A stretch of DNA of 48,822 nucleotides from Chiloscyllium plagiosum. Taxonomy: Eukaryota. This document shows, one piece after another, positions 1 to 13,335 of the stretch. The notes beneath the pieces are model-generated. The model searched no databases. It was not told the DNA's origin and saw only the letters and a program-made list of their open reading frames with translations. The DNA lies in contig NC_057749.1 in the NCBI RefSeq assembly GCF_004010195.1, positions 5,869,339 to 5,918,160 of the forward strand, given 5' to 3'. Both the position numbers and the translations under genes were made by a program. The stretch's first letter is position 1, and each line of letters starts with the position of its first letter.

Positions 1-3000
1 ATTGCTTTTGTTGTATGCTTTATCCTGAGCACAGTGCCTCTAACAATGCAGCAATCCTTCAATGTGGTAAAGGCAGCACCCTTGCCATTTGTTAGCTTAG
101 CTCTGTTTATAGTATTCACCTTCTTTCACATAGGAGGTTACGAGTAACATTCCCACCTGTTACATACTTCTATTGTCTAATTTGACTCAGGGAAACGTAG
201 CGATGACACTAGTATCTAAGCATATTAGGGACTTTATTTACAGAATTTTAGACAATGTCTACGCCATCCTTCCTGCTCAGCTTCTAGTACATTCTGTGGT
301 GTCTGTTGCATGTCCTCTGGTACATTGCTTAACCAATCAATCACAGATAGTATCTGTTACTTACCAGTCTCACGCATCAAACACAGAACAATCATACCAT
401 TCAATACTCCACCAGCCCAAGATCTAATGTGAAATGTAGCCTGACATTTCAATACTTTCTTAAACGCTGGGGATGCTGTATTGCTGAAAATGCAGTCTTG
501 TCGATAAAATGTTAAATCGAGATTTCACCCCCGCCCCCACCATTCAAATTGACATAAGAGTCTGATTCACTATTTTTTATTTTCACCGACTTGAAATCCT
601 GAGACTTCCTAACTGACAGTACAAGCGATTCAAGATGAAGGGCCACCATCATCCTTTCAAGGGTAACTAGGGCACTAAATGCAAGCCTTGCCCACCTCCT
701 CAAAATGAAGCATGCAAAGAATGCAGTTATCTAATGAATTGACCAACTTTCCTCCCCTAGCTATTTGATCACTTAGTCCAAATGCTTCCAGTTGTTGAAG
801 TCTTGCCTGCTGCATTTGGCTCAGTATCAATAACAACTCCACTTCAGAAGTAATTAAGTCACCGTGAGGTATTTTGGAGTCCTGTGAGCTTATAGTAAAG
901 GCACTGTATGAATGCAAGTTCTTCCTTTCAAGAAAGAGACAGCACAGTTGGCTTTCATATGTCATTTTGACACCTTTGGAGTTGCATGGTTCTGCTCAGA
1001 GCTCCTTTTCATCTGCATTATAAGCAACATGGAACTGGCAATGCAGCTCAGTTGAATTGGCATAAAGGCAATATTATAGATCTCAATTGATGATTATAAA
1101 TTGTTCTGGATTGGTGTTAAATAAACAGCAGAGGGTGGTTGTACTTGCAATAGTAACCCACCAAGTGGTGTTATCATCTATTTGTTTCAATCACAAGTTG
1201 GATTATTTGTGTAGACAACAAGTAGAAAGCCATCTGTTCTTCTTCTGCCACACGCTGCTGAAGTGTTGGAAAAAGAAAGCAAACATATTAATCATCTAAG
1301 ATGTTAGCGGGTAAGCAGCATCCCATTTGAAGCATTAAAGCATGGTGCCATATAGTATTATTACATTTGCCAGAAGGTGACTTCTGATCTCAAGCTATCT
1401 TTCAGGCTGTCTTGTCTAGGTGTCCAGAATGGGAAATATCTTGTATATCAATAGCAACAGGGTAGGGAATTTGGTAGCTCTAATATCTTGCACAGAATCT
1501 GGCAAAATGGAAGCGTTATTGTCGGAAAAATATGGTCAGGTTGCAGAGATTCTGATGGATCACTTGCTCCCTCATATCCTCCATCATTTTGGTAATTTTC
1601 CACCACAACTGACAGACGTACAGCCTGTTTACTTACATTCTGTTGCATGTCCCTCTGCTACATTAGTGCCAGGAATTAGACATTGTTATTAAACATTGTT
1701 CAAATAATTAAGCCTAACTGACATGGAGCATCCAGAATGTTATTACATTTGGCACTGAGTAGTGCTCAGTCTAAATTTATTCCACTAAAATAAACAAAGA
1801 TGTTGGAAATCTGAAATAAAACAGAAACTTAGCTGGTCTAGCAGAATCTGTGGAGAAAGAAACAGTGTTAAAAGTTTTGAGTCTGGTAAGACGTATCTTT
1901 GGAACCTGTGACATTGGCAAGACAAGTATTTGCAGCCCATCCTGGATTGCCCAGGAGCTGAGTGGCTTCCTTGGCCATTTCATAGTCAATAATATTACTG
2001 CGGGCCTGGAGTCACATCTAGGCCAAACCAAGCAAGGACAACAGATTTTCTTTCCTATAGGACTCATTCCATCACTGAACATCCCATTTCCCTTGGAAAT
2101 GATACTAACAGTGAATGTGATGGGGTGAAGACAGACCCATATCAATCTGGCCAGCTGCTAGGCTCAGCTTTCTCCCCTTTGTTTCCTCACCAAATTTTAG
2201 GACAAAACAGATGTAAGCCCCCAGTGCTCAGAAGGTTACTCCCAAACCATTAGTCCTGCCTTGCCTATGTAACAGGCAACTACCAACCTAAACATACCGT
2301 TGGTGGTGTTAGAGATCACAGAGGGAGCCCGAGTGGCTGTGACAATATGAACCTTCAGATGCATGTTGTAGCCCAGAGCTACGGATTGTGTTGGTACAGG
2401 CTCCAATTTCTCCTCAGCACATGGCTGATAGGAATCTCTCTCACCCGTGCCATCTGCTATTGGCATGTGTTGGAAGGATTTGCAAGTTGTCACTCAACCA
2501 GTTTGGTTACTTTAGCCATCAATTGGGACTCAACTGCCGAGTGTCTGGCCAAGAGACAAGGAAACCATTCATTGTGTTACAAGATTTTCTCATCCTAATT
2601 ACACAACACTAGAAATTTTCAGCACACATTCAGAGCATTGTATATGTGCTTAACATTTGTGAGAGAATCTTGAAATGAGTCCCACTCTGCCATGTTTTCA
2701 TCCAATATACCGATGTCTTCTTAGCACTAAATATTTATCGAATTTTCAGCTAAGTTGTCTCTCCTTCATCTAACCCTTCTGACAAAGATGCCCACACTCT
2801 CACAAACCTTCTGTATGAAGAGTTAGCTCCACACTCTGTTTTTAGAAGCAGGGACATTATTGCAGTGCGACTTACTCTTCTTAAAAGCCCATCACTAAAT
2901 TACTGACTGAGCTGATTAAACAAATAACAAAGTTCAAGCATTGCACACCAAAGGTAGTGTCACAACAATACAAAAACAAAACCCAATAGAGCGTGGGATA

Positions 3001-3206
3001 AACAAGGGAGGGGACCAAATTAAATTTGTGTGGGAGGAGGTGATGATACACTCCAGACCCTATGGTAACATCAACCCTCTCTAAAGGCCTCAAAGATGCT
3101 GGTGGATACTGCATGCTCCTTCTGCAGGAACACTGGGGCAGGAACGTAGCCACAGAAGGGAGGTAGATTGTCAAGAATTTTGATCCTATCCAATCTCCTC
3201 ACAGCA

Positions 3207-3531
3207 GGGCGGCATGGTGGTTCAGTGGTTAGCAATGCTGCCTCACAGCACCAGGGACCCGGGTTCAGTTCCCACCTCAGGCAACTCTTTGTGTGGAGTT
3301 TGCACGTTCTCCCCGTGTCTGTGTGGGTTTCCGGGTGCCCCAGTTTCGTCCCACGTCCGAAGATGTGCAGGTTAGGTGAATTGGCCATGGTAAATTTCCT
3401 ATAGTGTTAGGTGCATTAGTCAGGGATAAATGTAGGGGAATGGGTCAGGGTGGGTTGCTCTTCAGAGGGTCAGTGTGGACTTGTTGGGCCAAAGGGCCTG
3501 TTTCCACACTGTAGGGAATCTAATCTAATCT
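3207..3531 (+). mobile_element. HE1-type tRNA-derived SINE (V-SINE), full length
   Basis: GGGCGGCATGGTGG head with A/B-box-like motifs, GTGTGGAGTTTGCAC...GGGTTTCC core, CR1-like tail GGGCCAAAGGGCCTGTTTCCACACTGTA and (AATCT)n end. Confidence 0.85.
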
Positions 3532-3733
3532 CATTTAAAGAAAAAGTCCCACCACAAAATCACCCAGATGACTTTTCATCAAACAAACCATTGCAAGTAT
3601 TTTTTATTGTGAAATGCCCACCTCCAAATAAACATACACTGTCTACCAGCGGAAGTGTAATCTTCCCACTTTTTCTGAAACAAAGGAGGTTTTTGATGAA
3701 CCAGCTCAGACATGCTATAACACACCTCTGGAG

Positions 3734-4377
3734 CATAGAGTCATAGAGTCATACAGATGTACAGCATGGAAACAGACCCTTTGGTCCAACCCGTCCATGC
3801 TGACCAGATATCCCAACCCAATCTAGTCCCACTTGCCAGTATCTGGCCCATATCCCTCCAAACCCTTCCTATTCATATACCCATCCAAATGCCTCTTAAA
3901 TGTTGCAATTGTACCAGCCTCCACCACATCCTCTGGCAGCTCATTCCATACACGCACCACCCTCTGCGTGAAAAAGTTGCCCCTTAGGTCTCTGGACTCT
4001 CCCAACCCCAGGGAAAAGACTTTGCCTATTTATCCTATCCAGGCCCCTCATAATTTTGTAAACCTCTATAAGGTCACCCCTCAGCCTCCGACGCTCCAAG
4101 GAAAATAGCCTCAGCCTGTTCAGCCTCTCCTTATAGCTCAAAACCTCCAAACCTGGCAACATCCTTGTAAAACTTTTCTGAACCCTTTCAAGTTTCACAA
4201 CATTGTTCCGATAAGAAGGAGACCAGAATTGCACGCAATATTCCAATGGTCTAACCAATGTCCTGTACAGCCGCAACATGACCTCCCAACTCTTGTTCTC
4301 AATACTCTGACCAATAAAGGAAAGCATACCAAACGCCTTCTTCACTATCCTATCTACCTGCGACTCCACTTTCAAGG
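3734..4377 (-). mobile_element. CR1/HER1-like LINE 3' fragment (RT C-terminus, 3' UTR, (TATGACTC)n tail)
   Basis: ORFs 3941-4375 and 3823-4005 give LYRTLVRPLEYCVQFWSP...LERRRLRGDLIEVYKIM...FFTQRVVRVWNELP, typical of the CR1 ORF2 end; frameshifted. Confidence 0.9.
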
Positions 4378-4775
4378 CAGCACTTGGCCCACAGGGGCCG
4401 ACCAGACGTCCCAGTCACCGCCCATTTCAATTCCCCTTCCCACTCTCTTTACGACATGACCATCTTTGGCCTCCTGCGTTGCCACAACAAACCAAACCAT
4501 AAATTGGAGGTACAACACCTGATCTTCTGCCTGGATGGCCTACAGCCCAGAGGACTCAACATTGAGTTCTCCAATTTCAAATAACCTCCCTTCCCTCCCA
4601 CTCCTCCCAGCCATGTACCAGATTCATTCATCCCATCAACCAAACAGGTCATACCCTCTACCTGTCTTCAGCTATCCTCATGTCACCATCCTGATCCCGC
4701 CACCCATTTTATCTGCAGCTCTCCTTACACCCACCCCCAGTCCTGAAGAAGGGTTACACCCGAAACGTTGACTTG
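4378..4775 (+). mobile_element. Penelope-like element 3' fragment: GIY-YIG endonuclease C-terminus, 3' UTR and hammerhead motif
   Basis: ORF 4384-4584 PVTAHFNSPSHS...KLEVQHLIFCLDGLQPRGLNIEF is homologous to the GIY-YIG ORF at 46731-47216; ends in a hammerhead core at 4739-4773. Confidence 0.8.
4739..4773 (+). ncRNA. Minimal type I hammerhead ribozyme motif (PLE-associated)
   Basis: agtc-CTGAAGA-A-gggt(tac)accc-GAAAC-GTT-gact: stem I agtc/gact, stem II gggt/accc, palindromic AACGTT stem III, GUU triplet. Confidence 0.8.
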
Positions 4776-6741
4776 ACCACATTCTGGTGCTGCAGGACTT
4801 GAACCCTGGCCTCCTAGCCCAGGACTTGAGGGACTCTATCACTGCATCTGAATAGCTTTCTATCCTTCCTTTCCTAAATCCCCAACAAATCACCTTTGCC
4901 ACTTTAATCAAGGAACAAAATACAAGCACTGTCTACTTGGGCAATGGAACTATATCAAAAATAAAGGAAAGGTAGGAAAACAGGGGAGGTTCTAAATCAA
5001 AATGGAGTTGGAGTCGCCTAAATCTTGTTTTCCTTCAAGTCAATATCCATTGAGAAATAAATGTTAGTAACAATACCTAAAGCAATCAAACATGTATTTA
5101 AAAAAACTCATAACACAGCCAGCTTTTACAAAGTTGACAATATCCTTGTTATTTTGAATGCCCACTGTCAAATCAAATCTCCTTGATTTTTCAAATAACC
5201 CACAACAAGTCACATGTTTCACCTGCTAAACGAACAAGTTAATCTCCTCACTCTTTCCAACATTTCCATTTTTTAATATTTTCTTCTCTTTTCAATTTTT
5301 GCATTTTTAAAAGTCTTCTCATTTTTTAATATCTAATTTTTAATAACTCCTCATTCTTACTTACAATCTTAAGTTCATCAATCCTTGTCCACAATCAAAC
5401 TGAATAGCCTTTGTCTATTCACCATAGTAAAACCCTTAATCTTTTATAAACCTGAATTGAGGCTGTAGTAGGAACAGCTTGATTATCTCAAAGACCATGG
5501 CTTCTGTTCAATTCTAGTGATGTCAAATGTGCTTGACTGGCAAAATGAAAGAAGGAAAGAACATCTATATAAGAGATAAGTATAATTCATTTTGACTCTC
5601 TTTGCCTGCACAGCAGTTTTAGACTGATTTTATTATATTACAGTCACTCACTTGCAATTTTTAAAAAAATTCACTTGTGGAATTATGGGCATCACTGGCT
5701 GGACCAACATTCGTGGATAACAATATTGTCCAGAAATCAGCAGGTTTGGTGACCCACTCCAATTTAACCATTGGGAGTGATACTGGGTTAAAGATGTTTT
5801 AAGGCCAAACTTGCATTTCCTAAGAATTTAAAATCTTCCTTTATGGCTGCCTATAATTTCTTTAGGAGCTTCACTTATTTTTAGTCACTTTTTCAGTCTG
5901 AACAGACTGTAAGTTTACTTTGAGGCAATCTGATGAATTAATTGTGAATCTTTCATTGGTGATGAAAGTTGAGACAATGTGTTGTGTTACTGGTTTAACC
6001 ACCCTGCTAAAGGAAGAGGGTTTCGATGTGTGAAACTGCTGGAATTTGTTAAAATATAAATAGATGTAACAGCCTGTTTACATATAACTGTTCTCAGAAT
6101 GTGCTATTGCAGAATATCACCACTGTTGTCATGGCTTCTTTTTCAAGCCTTAGTGATTAGGCCTCACTTTTTTTTTGTCTTGGAAAGTTTTAGTACTTTT
6201 TCATCTGTCAAAATCCATTTACTTGGTCCCACATCCTCATCTCTTCATTCTATCGTCACATTTTGAGATGTCTATTGGCGAAGATGCTATATAAAGACTG
6301 TATTCAATTCAATGGAAGCTGTAAGGTGCTATAAGGAAAGATGAGGCACTGAAATTTAAAATGAGATAATAGCTTCATTTGAACAATGGCACATCCACCT
6401 TCAAATTTTGTGTCTGCCTTGCAGGAAATATATAGACTTATAGGTGAGTGCACAAAGGATGCCTACATCCTTAAAGGATGGCTAATCCTTAAATTTAGAA
6501 AGCGATTTAATGCGAAAAATGTTTATATTGTGATTTCCTTTGAAGAAGAGAGAGATTGGACTGTGGAAGGGTGCTGCGGTTTTGCTTTATTCATTCATGG
6601 GATGAGGGTGTACCTGGCCAAGCTAACGTTTATTGCCCATCCCTAATTGCCCAGAGGGCAGTTAAGAATCAACCATGTTGCTGTGGGTCTGGAGTCACAC
6701 ATAGGCAACACCCAGGTAAGGATGGCAGTTTCCTCCCTAAA

Positions 6742-8410
6742 ATAGACAATAGACAATAGACAATAGGTGCAGGAGTAGGCCATTCAGCCCTTCGAGCCTG
6801 CACCGCCATTCAATATAATCATGGCTGATCATTCCTAATCAGTATCCTGTTCCTGCCTTATCTCCATAACCCTTGATTCCACTATCTTTGAGAGCTCTAT
6901 CCAACTCCTTCTTAAATGAATCCAGAGAGTGGGCCTCCACTGCCCTCTGGGGCAGAGCATTCCACACAGCCACCACTCTCTGGGTGAAGAAGTTTCTCCT
7001 GAGCTCTGTCCTAAATGGTCTACCCCGTATTTTTAAGCTGTGTCCTCTGGTTCGGCACTCACCCATCAGTGGAAATATGTTTCCTACTGCCACAGTGTCC
7101 AATCCTTTCATAATCTTACACGTCTCAATCTGTGAAACTCAAGGGTATACAAGCCCAGTCACTACAGTCTTTCAGTGTAAGATAATCCTGCCATTCCAGG
7201 AATTGANNNNNNNNNNNNNNNNNNNNNNNNNNNNNNNNNNNNNNNNNNNNNNNNNNNNNNNNNNNNNNNNNNNNNNNNNNNNNNNNNNNNNNNNNNNNNN
7301 NNNNNNNNNNNNNNNNNNNNNNNNNNNNNNNNNNNNNNNNNNNNNNNNNNNNNNNNNNNNNNNNNNNNNNNNNNNNNNNNNNNNNNNNNNNNNNNNNNNN
7401 NNNNNNNNNNNNNNNNNNNNNNNNNNNNNNNNNNNNNNNNNNNNNNNNNNNNNNNNNNNNNNNNNNNNNNNNNNNNNNNNNNNNNNNNNNNNNNNNNNNN
7501 NNNNNNNNNNNNNNNNNNNNNNNNNNNNNNNNNNNNNNNNNNNNNNNNNNNNNNNNNNNNNNNNNNNNNNNNNNNNNNNNNNNNNNNNNNNNNNNNNNNN
7601 NNNNNNNNNNNNNNNNNNNNNNNNNNNNNNNNNNNNNNNNNNNNNNNNNNNNNNNNNNNNNNNNNNNNNNNNNNNNNNNNNNNNNNNNNNNNNNNNNNNN
7701 NNNNNNNNNNNNNNNNNNNNNNNNNNNNNNNNNNNNNNNNNNNNNNNNNNNNNNNNNNNNNNNNNNNNNNNNNNNNNNNNNNNNNNNNNNNNNNNNNNNN
7801 NNNNNNNNNNNNNNNNNNNNNNNNNNNNNNNNNNNNNNNNNNNNNNNNNNNNNNNNNNNNNNNNNNNNNNNNNNNNNNNNNNNNNNNNNNNNNNNNNNNN
7901 NNNNNNNNNNNNNNNNNNNNNNNNNNNNTCTTTAAAAGCTTTCCAGTCCTCAGTTTTCCCACTTATCTTAGCTATGTTATACTTTTTCTCTTTTAACTTT
8001 ATATATTTCTTTACTTCCCTCGTCAGTCACGGCCGCCCATGTCTCCTCCTGGGATCTTTCTTCCTTTTAGGAATGAACTGATCCTGCAACTTCTGCATTA
8101 TACACAGAAATATCCGCCATTGTTCCTCCACGGTCATCCCTGCTAAGGTATTGCACTATTGAACTTTGGCCAGCTCCTCCCTCATAGCTCCATAATTCCC
8201 TTTTTTCAACATAAGTACTGTTACTTCCGACTGTACCCTCTCCCTCTCAAATTGCAGATTGAAGCTTATTGTATTATGGTCACTACTTCCCAATGGCTCC
8301 TTCACTTCGAGGTCTCTGACCAATTCTGGTTCGTTACACAATACCAGATCCAGAATTGCCTTCTCCCTGGTCGGCTCCAGCACCAGCTGCTCTAAGAATC
8401 CATCTCTGAG
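6742..8410 (-). mobile_element. CR1-clade LINE (5'-truncated) spanning the assembly gap
   Basis: (TAGACAA)n tail at 6743-6764; RT C-terminus in ORF 6839-7111 (RRNFFTQRVVAVWNALP); endonuclease end in ORF 8156-8383 (EPTREKAILDLVLCN...LGSSDHNTISF). Confidence 0.85.
7207..7928. other. Assembly gap (722 N)
   Basis: Run of N. Confidence 0.99.
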
Positions 8411-8973
8411 GCATTAGCAAACCTTCCAGTTCACCAAACATTAGTGACTCAGATGGGTTTTTCCAACAATCCACAATGGATTCATGGTCATCATTAAACC
8501 CTTACTTCCAAATTTTACTGAGTTCAAATTACACCATCTGCCACGGCAGGATTTGAACCCAGGCCCCCAGAACCTTACTTAGATCTCCGGATTAACAGTC
8601 TAGCAATAATACCACTAAGCCATTGCCTCCCCCATTTGTTCTTACAGATTTGCACAGATGTGGAGAATTGGATCCAGGAATTTTCTAATAACCACTTGTA
8701 ACTCTACTTGTGTTATTTTAATTGATCTAAAGCAATCAATCTAGTAACAATTGAGGAACAGTTTTGTAGACAGACACTGAGAATGCTGGAGAAACTCAGC
8801 AGGTCTGGCAGGAGAGAGAAACTGAATGAAAATTTCAAGTCCGTTATGATTCTTTGTCAGAACTGGAATTTTGTGAAAGTTGATTATGCTGACAGCTGGG
8901 CGGGCTTCCCTTTTGCGTGTGCTCCAGTCTTCTGGCCTCTAGTAAAGCTGAGGTGATTTGGATTGTACCGTTT

Positions 8974-9082
8974 GTGGTGCAGTAGTAGTGTCCCTGCCTC
9001 TGTATCAGGAGGCCCAGTTTTCAAGTCTCATCTGTTCCAAAGCAGTGTCATAACATCACTGAAGACATTGATTAGAAAAGAT
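8974..9082 (+). mobile_element. Very short (about 110 bp) tRNA-derived SINE-like repeat
   Basis: Similar copies at about 24489-24597 (+), 40843-40946 (+) and 9541-9628 (-); A-box-like and GTTCAAGTC-like motifs. Confidence 0.6.
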
Positions 9083-9229
9083 ATCGCTGATTTGCGATGT
9101 CATTTGGTAGAAGAGAAATCCATAGGTGTTCCTTTGTTGCTGACCTTGGGACAGTACTGCATTCTACACATAAACAATCTGATACTGTCTGGAGGATGCA
9201 AGGTTTGTAAATATTTCTAATCAACCTGT

Positions 9230-9541
9230 TCACAGAATCCCTACTGTGTGGAAGCAGACTATTCAGCCCACACAAACTTTCTGAAGAGCATCCCATTCAG
9301 ACCCACGCCGTACCTTATCCTTGTAACCCTTCACTCCCCATGGATGACCCACATAGCTTGTAAATTCCTAGATGCCTCAGACATAGCTAATCCACCTAAA
9401 CTGCACACCTTTGGACCGTGGGAAGAAACCCACACAGATAGGTGGAGAATGTGCAAACTCCACACAGACAGTCGCCTGAGGCTGGAATCGAACCCAGGTC
9501 CATAGCACCGTAGTGCTAACCACTGAGCCAACTTATCACCC
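9230..9541 (-). mobile_element. HE1-type SINE
   Basis: Reverse complement of the HE1 core: GAGAATGTGCAAACTCCACACAGACAGTCGCC...GGAATCGAACCC. Confidence 0.8.
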
Positions 9542-9810
9542 TATCTTCAGTTGTCACAGATGTCTAGAGCAGGTGAGACTTAGATTGTGCCTCTGGCTCA
9601 GGGAAAGGGACACTATCACTTCACCACACAAGCTAGTCAAGCACCGTTCACTTGCAAGGATTGTAAATTATATAAACTAGGCAGATCCTAAAAGTGTCTC
9701 CACCTCCTGATGCTGCCTGGCTTGCTGTAGTCTTTCAGCCTCCAGCGTCTACTTGGGATTCCTGCACCTGCAGTTTTTTTTGTCCTTAACCTAATATAGG
9801 TTGGTTTAGG

Positions 9811-9988
9811 ACATGATGTGGAGGTGCCGGAGTCGGATTGGAGTGGACAAAGTCAAAAATCACACAACACGAGATTATAGTCTAACAGGATTATATGAAA
9901 ATACAAGCTTTTGGACTGACACCTGATGAAGGTAAACTTTCAAATAAACCTGTTGGACTATAACCTGGTGTTGTGTGATTTTTAACCT
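9811..9988. mobile_element. PLE-derived fold-back remnant ('AAATAAACCTGTTGGACTATAACC' family) with a partly deleted hammerhead
   Basis: Inverted arms AAAAATCACACAACAC...TTATAGTC and GACTATAACCTGGTGTTGTGTGATTTTT; CACCTGATGAAGG at 9920. Confidence 0.65.
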
Positions 9989-11020
9989 GCTTTAGGCCAG
10001 CTTGATGAAGTTACTGGCATCCAGAAGGGAAGATCTGAAATCTAGCGGAAATACAAGTTTGGCCTTAAAGCACCTTTAACCCAGTATCACTCACATTGGT
10101 TACATTGGAGTGAGTCAGCAAACCTGTTGATTTCTGGACCATAACATTAGCTATAAATGTTGGCCCAGCCAATGATGCCCATATTCCATGAGAGAATAAA
10201 ACCAAATTGCAAGTGAGTGACTGGAATATGATAAAATCAGTTTAAAGCTGCTGTGCCGGCAAAGACAGTCAAAACCAATTACACTTATCTCTTACATTGA
10301 TGGTCTTTTTTTTCCTTCATATTGTTATAGTCAAGCACATTTAACAGAACTAGAATTGGACGCCAGTTATGGTCTTTGAAATAATTGTGTGATTCCCACT
10401 AAAGTTTCGTTTCAGCTTTATAAATGATGAAGGGCTTTAATAGGGTGAATGGACAAAGGCTATATGAGCTGATTGCAGAAAAGAGTTGATGAACTGAATT
10501 TTGTCACGAAGGATGAGGAGCCATTTAAAAAAAGGGAGGAGAGTTTAAAAAATGGAGAAGTTAAAAAGAGTAAGATTTTAAAAATGGAAAAATTAGAAAG
10601 GGTGAGGAGATGAGCTCCTTGTCAACAAGGATTTTTTCAGAAATTCAAATTAATGGTGTACGGCATATGATGGCTATAGGAAAAACGTTTTAGAACGAAG
10701 ATTTTGCTGCCATATGGATTAATTGAGGTGACTAGCATTAGCACTTTAAGGGATGCAAGGTACATAGCTAATTAACTTATTGAAAAATGATCATGGCTGC
10801 AGATGACAAATGGTGGTGAGGGTACAAATAAAACAAGTTATCATAATTTATAACAATTAATGACTATAATTTAAAAGAAAACTAACTTATAAAATAAGAG
10901 AAGGATGGAATAATTCTGTACATTTCCATACACAAGTTATTATAATATATTGCAAACTTAAGGTATCCTTAACTTAGAGAATAAAAATGAAATGTCCACT
11001 GGATATCCATTTGTATTTTA

Positions 11021-11605
11021 TCTTATTGACCAGACCAGACCAGAGCCCCTCAATATATCTTGAGAAGGTAACATTTTCTTATTTTAAAGGTAATTTTGGA
11101 GTGCTATGTTCCAGATGCAAGGCAATTGGTCAAACAACTCGATGTTAAGCAAAACACAATTTATTTAAACACTATAGTTACAATACAACCAAGGAAAGAG
11201 GAATTTAGAGTAACTTAACAGATTGGAAACTTAATAGAATAATAGATACAGTACCTATTACTAACTGTTCCAATATAGTAACATCCCATAGACACACTCC
11301 TTGGCAAAAGGCACATTCAGACACAGATTCCCACATGCAATTCTCCAATTCAGGAGGCAAAAAAACATAAGAGAAAGTATCAGCAAGGAGACATTCTAAC
11401 TCTTTTGAGACCCCAATGGCTTCTGCTTAAAACTAAACATAAAAGCTAAAAAAAAAACTAGGAAGCCTGGTCTATGAGAGCTGGTCTCACCTAGGCTGCT
11501 TCCATTGTTCCAACCTTAAAAAAAAAGCAAATTGTTCACTTTATCAGAGACAGTTTGGTGTCTCTGCCTTATAACCTCTTTTAAAAAAAGGGCAAAACAA
11601 GTGAT
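11021..11605 (-). mobile_element. Degenerate copy of the LTR-like repeat at 28057-28705
   Basis: Colinear similarity (TTTTCTTATTTTAAAGG, ATTGGTCAAAC, GTAACATCCCATAGACACAC, GGCTGCTTC). Confidence 0.7.
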
Positions 11606-11631
11606 AACATGACCACTGCATTAAACTACAT

Positions 11632-11826
11632 AGCTGGAAATGTGTTGCTGGAAAAGCGCAGCAGGTCAGGCAGCATCCAGGGAACAGGAGAATCGACGTT
11701 TCGGGCATGAGCCCTTCTTTAGGAACGTCGATTCTCCTGTTCCCTGGATGCTGCCTGACCTGCTGCGCTTTTCCAGCAACACATTTCCAGCTCTGATCTC
11801 CAGCATCTGCAGACCTCACTTTCTCC
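11632..11826. mobile_element. Non-autonomous PLE-derived fold-back element with a perfect 69-bp inverted repeat
   Basis: 11632-11700 is the exact reverse complement of 11724-11792; loop region holds a degenerate minus-strand hammerhead; flanked by cattaaact(a/c)catag at 11619-11633 and 11826-11840. Confidence 0.85.
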
Positions 11827-12507
11827 ATTAAACTCCATAGATCATGCAATAGCCAGGTTGACTTCAGTAAATCCTCAATCATTAGGCACACTTTGGAGGG
11901 AAAGGCGTAAAAGTGTATTGCTATTTGTATGTTAACTGAGGTGGTGAGCAATAACGGGACATTCTTCTGCGCTCCTATGTGTAAGAGCAAATTGAACTTG
12001 TAGTTGTTGGGTTGAAGGTACATGATTCAATTCTGTATCTCATGTCAGGATAATGGTCCAACAATCAACTCCTCATCAGGGATTGTTTAACTCTTTGGGT
12101 TGGTTTAGTTAAAACAGTAAAACACGTTATAAGTTGTGAAGCAGATATTACAGCAAACCATTTCTGTATTTGGAGCTTGCAGGCAACTCCAATCATGTTT
12201 ACACTTTTCATAAGAATTCCTTAAATGCAAGGTGGAGATAAAACTCTGGTTACTTTACAAGCATTTAATTACACACAGCATCAAGTGTATGTGAAGTTTG
12301 GTTCCAGTTCTATTCTGGGGGTCCCTGTCTATCAGGATTATAATAACTTTGTTAATAGCATTTTCTGAGGTACAAGTGTAAAAAAAAATTAGCATGAAGC
12401 ATAAATGCTGGTAAATACTAGTTGGATTGAAAAGTCTGTCTCTGTGCAATACATGTTGAACATTTCCATGCAATGTTCACTTTTCGAAAAGTAAAGATTG
12501 CGAATAA

Positions 12508-12972
<465 letters not shown>

Positions 12973-13335
12973 TAGCTCCAATGATTTCTTTGTGTGGAGG
13001 AGTCTAGCCATTTTTGTAATCTTAACAACAGAAAGTGCCTGAAAATGTGACTGAATTAGTGAATTAGTTTGGTTTGCGAAAGATGTACTGGGATTTGTCT
13101 TCATGATCAAGGCTAAAGGTGACAGGAAATTTAGGTCACAGAGCTTCCCAGATGGAATTTCACGATCCCTGCCCTATCTTTGCATGAAGATAATTGGTGA
13201 GGTTATGATTCCCACGCAATTGTTCCTGTATCCATCCTGTTTAAGGTCTCTTTTCAACCACGGTGAGGAAAGTGATGGTAGGCCCTGGAAAGTTTAGAAA
13301 AGGCCTTGATGTGTAGTCCACTTGACCTAACACCA

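Larger units (their letters stand above)
6589..8631 (-). mobile_element. Older tRNA-headed SINE split into 6589-6741 and about 8411-8631 by a younger CR1 insertion
   Basis: GGATTTGAACCC (B-box on the minus strand) near 8548; its 3' end TTTATTGCCCATCCCTAATTGCCC is shared with LINE ends at about 15690, 17925 and 44720; the sequence resumes after the CR1. Confidence 0.6.

Noticed and set aside
173..3174. Many 60-120 aa ORFs here and throughout the window
   Set aside because: No recognisable domains or splice context; consistent with chance ORFs or repeat-derived frames
6873..8081. Long ORFs of 402, 266, 248, 240 and 185 aa in the ORF track
   Set aside because: They are artefacts of reading through N runs
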